From the NCBI GenBank assembly GCA_040143965.1, contig JASJQH010000051.1:1-37933 (forward strand): 37,933 bases of DNA, given 5' to 3'. The position numbers were made by a program, and so were the translations under genes. Below, in pieces: positions 1 to 12,000 of this stretch (within the stretch, counting starts at the first letter, position 1; every line of letters starts with the position of its first letter). The DNA comes from Basidiobolus ranarum (taxonomy: Eukaryota). The notes under the pieces were generated by a model. The model saw nothing but the letters and a program-made list of their open reading frames with translations. It ran no database searches and was not told the DNA's origin.

Positions 1-1
1 C

Positions 2-3000
2 TCCTCTAATCAGGTAAAGAGAGGCTCTAAGCGAGTATTCGCCCAAACCAACCATGCTCTTCGACTTTTGGAACGAATTGCTGTTGGTGTGCACCTCTGT
101 GAACCTATTCTTCTGGTTGGTGAGACTGGTACTGGCAAAACTACAGTGGTTCAGTATCTTGCTGAGCTTATGCATCAAAATCTGGTAGTTGTAAATTTAT
201 CCCAACAGAGTGATTCCTCAGACCTTTTGGGTGGATTCAAACCAGTCGATGGAAAGATCATGGCTATCCCACTGAAGGAAGAGTTTGAAAGACTCTTTGA
301 GTGCACCTTTTCAATGAAAAGAAATGCCAAGTTTTTGGAAGGTACCCGAAAGGCATTCGTTAAGAAGCAATGGAGACGTCTTATTACTTTGTTCACAGAG
401 GCCTGTAAAATGGCCAAACAGAGACTTGTTAACCGTGCCGAGAAAGAAGTCGAGGATACGGATCATCAATCTGTTAAACCCAAGAAAGCGCGTACTGGTG
501 AGAAAGCCATTGATAATGCTGCGCTTGTTCAGCAATGGGAGGCTTTCGGTGAATCAGTACTTCAATTCGAAGCAAGACAGAGCCAAGAGAACAAATTGGT
601 ATTCAGCTTCATTGAGGGGTCCTTAGTGAAAGCTGTTCGAAAGGGTTACTGGATTTTGCTGGATGAGATCAATTTGGCTACAACCGAAACGTTGGAATGT
701 CTAAGTGGGTTGATTCAAGACGCTGAGGGTTCCATCCTTTTGACCGAGAAAGGTGACACTGAACCAATTAGAAGACATCCTAATTTCCGCGTATTCGCTT
801 GCATGAACCCTGCAACCGACGTTGGTAAGAAGGATCTTCCTCCTGGCCTCCGCAATCGTTTCACCGAGTTCTTTGTCCACCCCCCTGACGCTCGTAAGGA
901 TGACTTACTGACTATTGTTAAGAAGTATCTAGCTACCACTAGTCATGGAGATGAGCGTGCCTGCATGGACGTTACCGAGTTTTACATGGAGGCCAAGAAC
1001 CTTCAAGCTCATCATAAACTTGCCGATGGTGCCAATCAGCGCCCTCATTACAGTATGAGAACTTTAAGTAGAGCTCTATCCTATGTAGCCCAGATCGCAC
1101 CCAATTACGGTTTGAGAAGAGCATTATACGAAGGATTTTCTATGACTTTCTCTACACTGCTCAACAAAGAAAGTACAGTGCTTATGAGTCAATTGATTGA
1201 GAAGCATCTTCTGAAAGGAGTTAAAAATCCTCGCGCCTTAATCACTCAAATCCCACGCCCACCTACTGAAGAAGGATTTGTCCAATTCGGTCATTTTTGG
1301 CTATCACAGGGACCTGAAGTCTTAGACGAGGTGGAGCATTATATTCTCACTTCTTCGGTGGAGAAAAACCTGTACAATCTTGCTCGTGTGGTAATGAGTA
1401 ACAAATATCCAGTTTTGCTTCAAGGTCCTACTTCAGCCGGTAAAACCAGTATGATCGAATACTTAGCGAAGCGTACCGGACACAAGTTTATTCGTATTAA
1501 TAATCACGAACACACTGATCTTCAAGAGTACTTAGGTACCTACGTTTCTCAGGATGGTCAGTTAACGTTCCAAGAAGGTGCACTCGTGGAGGCTCTTCGT
1601 AAAGGTTATTGGATTGTACTGGATGAACTTAACTTGGCTCCATCTGATGTATTGGAGGCATTAAACAGACTTCTTGATGACAATCGTGAATTGTTGATTC
1701 CTGAAACGCAGGAGGTTGTCAAACCACATCCCCATTTCATGTTATTTGCTACACAGAATCCTGCTGGTTTGTACGGTGGTCGTAAGGCGCTTTCTCGGGC
1801 GTTCCGTAATCGTTTCCTTGAACTTCATTTTGACGATATCCCTGAGGATGAATTGGAAACTATTCTGGCTAAAAGATGCCAAATCGCTCCCTCTTATTGT
1901 AAAAAGCTTGTACAGGTCTACAAGCAACTTATGGAACATAGACAGCGTACTAGAATATTCGACGGTAAACACGGTTTCATTACACTTAGAGATATGTTCA
2001 GATGGGCCGGTAGAGAAGCGCTGGGCTATCAAGAGCTTGCAGAACATGGTTACATGATTCTGGCAGAAAGAACACGTCGCGAGGAAGAGAAGGCTGTGGT
2101 GAAGAAGGTTATTGAGACCGTGATGCGTGCCAAAATTGACGAAGCAAATCTGTATGATTGTTCTCACCTCCCAGAGTTTAAGGAATTCGAACGTCGCGTA
2201 GTTGGCTCTGATCAAAGTTCTGTTGCCTGGACCAAGGCGATGAAGCGTCTCTTTACTCTGGTTGCTCAGTGCATTAGATTTAATGAGCCTGTTTTATTAG
2301 TGGGTGACACTGGTTGTGGTAAAACCACTGTGTGTCAGATGCTGGCTATTGCTAGAGAACAACAATTGCATATTGTCAATTGTCATCAAAACACCGAGAC
2401 ATCCGATCTTCTTGGTGGACAACGTCCACTTCGTAACAAATCTGGTATCTATGCTGAGTTGCGCGAACACCTAGACCCATTCTTGAGAGCTCACTTCTCC
2501 GCTGAAGAAGCCGAACAGTTAATCTCAGACTATGATATAGATGATGTAATGGCATACTTTGAAGCACATGTTAAATCTGATTGCTCTATAGAGCATGGAG
2601 AAGAAAACATCGCCAAGGAGATTCAATTTATTCGTAGTTTGTATAAGAAGTCGATAGGCCTATTTGAATGGCACGATGGTCCTCTAGTCCAATCAATGAA
2701 AGAAGGTGACCTCTTTTTGTTGGATGAAATTTCACTTGCCGACGACTCTGTGTTGGAGAGATTAAATTCCGTCTTAGAGCCTCACCGACTGTTGGTACTG
2801 GCTGAGAAAGGAGGAGCTCATGTTGAAGAGCTATTTGGTCACCATAGATTTCAATTTTTGGCTACCATGAACCCAGGTGGTGACTACGGTAAAAAAGAAT
2901 TGTCTCCAGCTCTAAGAAATCGTTTCACTGAGATATGGGTTCCTTCCGTTACCGACGAAGATGACTTAAAGCAGATTATTCAGGAGCGTCTTAAGGCCGA

Positions 3001-6000
3001 GGATGTCAAGCCCTTCGCTAGTAAAATGCTGGACTTTATCAATTGGTACGTCAAAGCTCTTGGAAAGAGTCGATCAATTATAAGTCTTCGTGATGTTCTT
3101 TCATGGGTAGAGTTTATGAATGAGGCGTCGAGTAAGCTAGGCCCAGAGGGGGCGTTCATTCATGGTGGCTCACTTGTGTTATTGGATGGTATTGGTTCTA
3201 ACGGTTCTCCCGGAACCGTTTTTACCGGAGAAGCTCTCAAGAATTTCAAGATCGAGTGCTTAGCTCGTCTTTCAGGAAGGGACTCATCTACTGTGAGCAC
3301 TTCTGATTTGTATGGAATTTCCTCTGAAATTGAATCCACCCCATCTCACTTTGGTGTTGCTCCTTTCTTCATTTCTAAGGAAAGTCAAACCAACCACAAA
3401 GTGAAGTTTGCCCTCCGTGCTCCTACAACCTTTGCTAACTTGGTTCGTGTATTACGTGCACTTCAGATCAAGAAGCCTATTCTTTTAGAAGGTAGTCCTG
3501 GTGTAGGTAAAACCAGTTTGATTTCTGCTTTGGCTTCGGCTTCCGGTCGTAATTTGGTAAGAATTAATTTGTCAGAGCAAACGGATCTTATGGATCTTTT
3601 TGGTTCTGATTTGCCTGTCGAAGGAGGTAAAAGTGGTGAGTTTGCCTGGCGTGATGCTCCATTTTTGCAAGCGATGCAATCTGGTGAATGGGTCCTCTTG
3701 GATGAAATCAATCTTGCCTCTCAATCTGTCCTTGAAGGTCTGAATTCTTGCCTTGATCACAGAGGCAGCGTGTATATTCCTGAATTGGATCGTTCATTTG
3801 GCTGCGCTAAAGAGTTCCGGATCTTTGCTGCCCAAAATCCCATTCAACAGGGTGGTGGTCGTAAGGGTTTACCAAAGTCCTTCTTGAATCGTTTCACGCA
3901 AGTGTATGTTGATCAACTCGTCAAGGATGATCTGATGTTCATTTGCCAACATTCATTCCCTGCCATGGATATCACTGAGCTGGAAAAGGTGATTGAATTC
4001 AACAATCGCATGCACGAAGAGACCATGGTTAGGAGAAGCTTCGGTATGAAAGGTAGTCCTTGGGAATTCAATCTTCGAGATGTGTTCAGGTGGCTTGATC
4101 TACTCAACAGTGATCATGGACTCCGATGCACCACTAGCCCTTCGGAGTATTTAGATATGATTTACTTGAAGCGTATGAGAACACCACAAGATAGAGAATG
4201 TACGGTGCAATTGTACAATCAAGTGTTCAAAACCACATACCAACGCCCTGATCATCCGTTTTACCAAATCAACCCATCCTACCTTCAAGTCGGCCACTCA
4301 GTTCTTCCACGTCGCAACAACACCACTGAAAAGTTGACTGGTGAGCAACTTCACCTTCTCCATACCATGCTTGGACCCATGGAATCGGTGATGAAGTGTG
4401 TGGAAATGAACTGGATGGCAATTGTTACCGGTTCTTCAGGATCTGGTAAAACTAGTCTCGTTCGTATCTTGGCTCAGCTGACTGGCAATGTGTTGCAAGA
4501 GTTTTCTATGAACAGTGGCGTCGATACTATGGAGCTTCTTGGTGGCTTTGAACAGGTCGAACTATCACGATACCGCCAGAAGATCTTGGATGGCTTGCGT
4601 CAGGCTACATGTCGTTTGTCTAAGCTACTATTGACCTTGCAGATTGAGAATCAGAGCAAGGTCGTTTCGTATCTTCAGCAACTTAGTAACAACCTATTCG
4701 CATTAGAGCAGCAGCACTTCTCATTAGATACCTCCAAATCTCAGAGTGAAGCTGAGTTTGATTGCTCTCTTGTGGAGCATCAGATTAGTCTCATCAGCAG
4801 AATTATTGAAGAGTTTGATTTCTCGACCATCTCGAGTGATCTTGTGCCCACCGAATCTGATCTCTCCGACATATCGCAGATGATTGGCACTCTTAAGGTA
4901 ATGCAAAAAGAGACTGTAAGCGGAAAATTCGAATGGATCGATGGTGTTCTTATTGAAGCTCTTGAGAAGGGACATTGGATCCTTATTGATAATGCTAACC
5001 TTTGCAACCCATCCATCTTGGATCGTCTTAACCCACTGTTCGAAACTAATGGTGTATTAATGGTTAACGAGAGAGGTCTTGTCAATGGTGAAGTCAAGAT
5101 TATTCAACCACACAAGAATTTCCGTTTGTTTATGACAGTTGACCCACAGAATGGTGAGCTATCTCGCGCTATGCGAAACCGTGGTGTTGAGATTGTCTTG
5201 CTACCCCAAGGCTGGTCTTCCGATGATCAAGATATCATTCGTCTTGCTAATAACATGGGTATTCCTGGCAGCAAATTGCCACTTTTGTTGAAGGACATTC
5301 ATACATCCGCTGACACTTACAGAGCTACATTTAACACTCGTAACTACACCTTGCTTCTTCATATGGTGGTTGAGCTCTTACAACGCGGTTCCAACATGGT
5401 TTCCGCGGTGAAAGAGGCTTTGAGCTACGTCAATTTTGTATCCACAGACGATGATGAGCACAAATCCAACGCCATTCTGACCGAACTTGCTGAGATATGT
5501 AAGAATGGTGTGGAATCTCTTGGTGACAATTTCTTTTCTCCTGCCAATTTCCCCTACTTGATCAATGGGGATTTCCTGCGTAAAGAATCGACTCTTGCCA
5601 CGATTATTTTGCAAAGCGCTTATTTAATCTATTTACTTCAAGAAAAGCAAAGCGCGATAGACACCCAAAACGACGAGAAGCTCAGCAAGATTGACTCTTG
5701 TATTCGCTATGCCTCTGTATACTTCATAGAGAGCACATGTACTGCGGATATCAATCTAAGAATGCAACTACTTGACTTTGTAGCCACTCATGAGACTCTG
5801 TCGACGGTTGCCGATTCGATGAACATTGAGAAATATCTACTGAAGGAAATAACTCAACATTCTTTAGCAAGTTACATGGAGAAGCAAAAGTCAGCCCTGA
5901 CTACAGCTTTGAACTTAGACCCCGTCCTGATGGGTAATCAACCGTTGAATTTGAAAATGAATCCTTTCCTGTTCACAGCTCTCAATACCCTCATTGCATC

Positions 6001-9000
6001 TCAATCCAATGAGAGTGTGTCTGGACTTTGGGCTAATTATAAGAATTCGGTAGATGCTTTTGAGCTTCTAATTCGTGTGAAGAGAATTGAATACGAAGAA
6101 AACGCCTTATTTGCTAAAGCGGAAAGAATCAAGATTTCCAATTTGAATTTGGTTCAGCAATCTTTCTGTCATAGTATTGGACGTTTATCCGAGTCACAAC
6201 TTACCAATCCGATTGTTGCTCAATTGTATCCTACTACAGCCACTCTTCGTAGCTGGATTCTAGAGAAACTCGAAGCCTTCCAAGATGGAACTCAACAGAC
6301 TTTCACTTCAATTGCTCATGAGCTTCTTGATAAGCGGGATATATTCTGGCAGGTTATTCAAAAGAATTTCCTAGACTTTGGTGAGCTTTCGACTGCCGTG
6401 CAATGGTTACTCAAGATTACCACCAAAGCCTTCCAAACGGATCCAACCCTGAAACCCCTTGGGGAGATTGTGTTCGGGATGAGCTCGCATATTGGTCTTC
6501 ATTCGAGTAAAACTATGAAGATTCTATGGAAAGCGTTGCATCCATCCACTCTCTCATCCATGGAGCTGTACACGATAGAGGAGAAATACCATAAAGTACA
6601 AGAAGATTGGGATCTCTACGAATCCGATAACAAGGGTGGTTTTACTTTGAAGTATGATCATCCATTGATTTTCACCGATGCAGTACTCAAGCGAACCTTT
6701 ATTGAAGGTTTGGCTAGTTTATATTTCTCTACAGAAGATGCCAAAACCGAAGTTATTATCGAATCAGCCAACTCCATGCTTGAGCACATTCAAGACAAGT
6801 TCCAGAATTACAATGAAATCGCTGAAAAAGCTACGGACCAGGTTGGCCTTATAGCAAGTACCAAACTGGAGTTAGCCCCCTTAATGGACTTTACCAGTAT
6901 CCTTTGGGAGATGGAGATTCTAGCTGAGCTTTGTAAAGTTTTAACACTCAGTGGTGCTGATATGACCACCATGCAACTCATTGATAGAATCTCCAAGTTC
7001 TTCACATTTTCTTTGAGTGCTACCACGCGTGCACCCAATGACTTTGTCGGTTACCAGAAATTACTATGGCATTTGAGTAATCACAGCGAAGAAGAAGAGG
7101 AAAAGATTATCTCTCATGTTCGTTGTGTAGCCCAGGATTTGATCTTTTCTTGGCATCTGAGACTGTGGAGAACTAGTTATAACAAGCCTGGGTTTGAAGT
7201 ATCCGAAGATTTGGATGTTAGCAAGGACAACGACTCTTATGGTCCAGCTAGATTATTCCAAGATGTTTATACAACCACTTGTTTCTCTTTCTTGGATGCT
7301 CTAAAGTCAGCTCCTCTTAATGCCTATCGTGACAAAGTCGAATCAGTACAAAAGTTGAAGAGCCATCTAACTACGCAAGATCTTACTCATTCCAACCGTA
7401 GCACCTTGGACGCATCGATTTTAATGTCAACCATTAAACAACTTTTATACAGTTTCCGTACCACCTTCCAAACTGAAACCTATGAGAAGTTGATTGGAAC
7501 ATTAAGCAAGGTTGAAAAGATTATTGTCAAACTTGTTTCCAGGACATGCTCCAGCTCTGATGAGAAGGACGCGATATTAACCGAAGTCAAGCAGTCTTTG
7601 ACCGCTTTATCGGTGGAAGTACATAATGGAAGTAACATCACCCTGACCAATGTATTCGACAAATATATTTCCCGTGCTTTTACTGAGTTGATTGAGGGTT
7701 ACTTGTCTGATATCTCCTTTGAGACCATGGTAAAGCAAGGAAAGGCATGGATCTGGATATCACTTGGCTTTGTTGCTGCTTATATTCCTGAACACCCGGT
7801 TGATCCAGCTGTAAAGGCCAAGATGAAGTGGGATACTCTTCAAGAGCGACAATGTGAGCTCAAGAATGAGGTTCAAGTTCGCCAAGGTATTGAGGTAATG
7901 ATGACTGGTCAAGAGGACAATATAATGATCTCCGAAAAGCAAGAAAGCCTAAACGCCGTTAGTGGACAAATCCGAGATTACACTGGACAGGTGGTCCTTA
8001 GACCTGAGGACTCTCAGTATAGTAACTTGTTTAATGAGCTTCAATATATGCGTAACAATATTATCAACGAGGATAGTTTACTGGAATTGGTTAGCGAACT
8101 TGAAACCAAGCGTGACGAAAACTTAGTCTCTAGGGAGCTTCTCTTCCAAGATACTACAATGCAATTCTTGCAACGCATGATGTACAAGTATCCTTTATAT
8201 AAGGATGTATTACAGCCTGTGTTTGTCGCCGTTTCACAGTTGAAGTATGGTGTTCGTTTGGTCTCCACTCATTCCCAATATCTTCTTAATGAAGAAGGAA
8301 ATTTCTTGACTAAGCTCATAGATGCTTTACTCTATCCTTCGAATGGTGAACTGACTGAAAATGTAAATGAATCCATTGAGTATTTAGCTAATCCAGACAC
8401 CATTCGTGCGTTGAAACAACTAATCGATGAATCCAAGCTCATAACTCAAAAACTTTCCGTCTTGATGCAATATATTATCGCAGTACTTCATAAGGTGTTC
8501 ATTGCTTCCAAAACCAGTGGATATCTTTGCTTCCGTTACTTAGAGATCGCTGATTATCTCTTTGACAGACTCATGGGAATTTGGCAACTTGCTGAAGAAG
8601 CCAGAAAGAAGCGACAAATTGAAGAGCAAAGTTTGTACAAACATAAGGAAGAAGTTCATACCGCTTTGACTGACGAAGAGATTGAAGCTCAAGAGTTACG
8701 TGAACTATTCCCAGACTTCCGTAACGACTTCCTTGATTTGGAAAGGAATGAGAACGATGACCCTCAAGAAAATAGTAAGCCTAAGAAGACAATTCTTTCG
8801 GAGGTAGAGACCACTACTATTTCTGAGGAAGACATCGCTCAAGTGGCGTACCTTCACGAGTCTTTGGTTTCAAAGTACAGTGTTGCTCATTGTAAGAAAT
8901 TCGAAGTTGATAATGCCGAAAAGGACTTTGAAAAGATGTTTGTGCATAGCTATAATGTTGCTACACATTTGGCGAAACTCGCAGGTGGTCACCTTCCTTA

Positions 9001-12000
9001 TGAATTAGATCGTAAATGCCGTTCTGCTCATGTTTATGTGACCGCTTTGTGGTCGAAAGAATATGCCACTGACTCACTAGAATCCAATAATGATGATACA
9101 TATGATTTCTATAAGGACTCTAATGTTTTGCAAACGAGCCGCTTGGTCCCTATATTAGAGAAGTTCATTGACAGAGTTCAATTCCTTGTGGATACCTGGC
9201 CTGAACACGCGGTACTTGCTCAGATATTGGAAGTTGCCCGTCGTATCTCTGGTTTCCCCGCCACATCACCGATCATGAAGTTCTTGACTGGATTGGAGTT
9301 ACTGCTACAAAAGTCAGAAGATTGGCAAGCTTACACTAGTAAAGAATTCTCACTCAAGGTTAATCTGGATGAGGTGATCAATTTGATTGTAAGCTGGAGA
9401 CATTTAGAACTCAAATGTTGGTCGAAATTGATTCAAGCACAAGATCGGTATATTCAAGAAAGTGCACTCTCTTGGTGGTTCCATTTGTACAATTCAGTTG
9501 TGAAGCCATCATGGGAGCTTGCTTCGAGGGAAATCGAATCGTCTGAAATGAACATGGATGATGGAGAAATGAACACTGATCTAAAGGAGCATCTTAATAA
9601 TCTATTGGCCACGTTGGATCAATTTTTACAGTCTTCTTCATATGGTGAATTCAAGACAAGACATCAACTGCTTGTTTCGTTCTCTCATCATCTTGAACAA
9701 AAGTATTTCCTAAGTGAACAAGCCACGACCGTTTGGACAGCTGTTCTTAATGCCGTTTGGAACGTTTGTCAATATTATGGACAGTTCCTTCAGCCTGTGG
9801 ATGAAGCTATCAAGAAGCTTCGTAAACCTATTGAAAAGGAATTAATCGAGTACGTGAAGATTGCCAGCTGGAAGGATATCAATGTTTATGCTCTGAAACA
9901 AAGCTCGGCCAAGACTCATAAGCATCTGAATAAGTTCATCAAGAAGTACAAGGAGGTTCTTCGTAATCCCATCACTCAAATTATCCAAGCTTACATGTCG
10001 GATATTTCGTTTAATGTGGTTAAAGAAAGCAGTAAGAAAGCGAGCAAGAAGAACAAAAAACGCAAGACAATATCTGCTCCTACTCAAACGGTTAAGGATG
10101 TTCTCTGGAAAGATCAAGAGTCATTGAAGATGATTCCCGAAGAGATCTCTGGAACAATTCAGCAATTTGAACATCAATTACTGGAAGTTGACCTTTCTGT
10201 TGAGAAGAACGTCCAGCTTCTAGCAAGATTCCAAAAATTCTGCAGAGATGATATTACCAAACTTTACATCCACACCGATGGACAAGTTCTAGACTCGTTC
10301 AGTGGGGATATCATTTCACAAATCAAGGAATTCCAGGACATGGTTCTTCCAGCTACTAAGGAATCCGAGAAAATGTTGAAGAATCAGAAATCCATTAGAC
10401 GAAAGGCATTAGTGGACTTCTTAAAGCAATTGAGACGAGTTGGTTTGAAATATCGAATTCGTGCTCAAGCCATGAAACAATCAGACTTCAAGTATGTCTG
10501 CCAACTTGGAAAGATCGATCTTGGTGAATTGTTCAACTTAACTCCCACTCGCTTGATATCTTCCAAGGTCAACCAATGGGCCAATGACACCATTCTTCCC
10601 TTGTGGTCTAAAAGTAATGAATATTACTACAAGATCTTGGCTAGAATGTCGTTCTTAAGAGACATTGCCACCCACTCACCCAAAGACTTGACATTCCAGG
10701 AAGTCGAGAAGGGCATGGGATTCACTGAGCACTTGCTCAGCTTTGTGATGAAAGAACGTGAGGTTATGCATAAGCTTGATCACTCTTACAAATCACTTGC
10801 TGCCATCTATAGACAATGGAAGGATCTATCACCATCCACCAAGAAGCCAGCTAGTGAGTCAGTTACGTTGAACTCACGAGTTAGCCAAGGCTTGGAGTCA
10901 CACAAGTACCTTATGGATAGGTTGAGTGAGAGTGTCTATGGGGCGATCCTTCTAGTAGACGCACATTGCCGTATTCACACCAGCTCTAGCGCATATTCTT
11001 CTGCTAAACAAGATCTGGAAATAGTATTGAAATCTATTTTGAATCTCCAATCCTCTACCGGAGCTGCATTCGAAATGTTCTTGATGTACCCCAAGTACGC
11101 GGTTAAGATGGACCCCATCATCACCAGTCACGTATATGATATATTAGATACCAACGTGACTGAACTCAAGACCATCAAACAGAATTTGAATGAATATATT
11201 CTGAGATACCCAGAACTGGAATACTTGATCACCTCCATCATCAGCAGCATTCCTGCCCATATGGAACCTATTCGACATCAAGTAGAAAAAGTAGGTATCG
11301 AAGAGGAACACACACGCGAGGTGCTTAACAACGTCTCAAAATTGATTCAGAGTTTATTGGTGATTATTCAAGAACTTCGTAAGCTTCAAAAATCTCGAGA
11401 ATCGGAATTATCAGTGGATCAAGATTACGATGAATTCGGTCTTCGTGAGAATCATATTAGTGATGCACACAATATATTCCTACAAACTTCCAAGATGCTT
11501 CATATGCCTGGAGTGATTCAAGCATGTCAACAGATATCCGCTAGTACTACTACACTAATGGAATATCATCACGATGGAAGTCCTTTGGAGCCACTGGTCA
11601 CTCACGTATTATCTATCTGTGTTCCCTTCTTGGAGCAATACTTGAGCATCAGTTGTCTTCATTTACATGAATTCTTGGTTCACCACAAAGCGCTCAATAA
11701 GCTGTGCATGGTAGTATGTAACACCTTCTTGACTCTATTCACGAAGGGCTATTGTATCCCTGAAGTTCAATCGGAAGAGCAAGAAATGGACGATGGTGAT
11801 GCTCAAGGTACAGGTGTTGGTGAAGGAGATACCTCCGGTGCTCAAGATGTCTCTAATGAGATCGAAGATGAAGATCAAGTATTGGGTACCGAAGATCAAA
11901 AACCTCAGGAACCGGATACCAATGATACCTCCAAAGAAGAGGAGAATGGTCTTGATATGGAGAATGACTTCGAAGGTAAAATGGAAGATGTCATTGAATC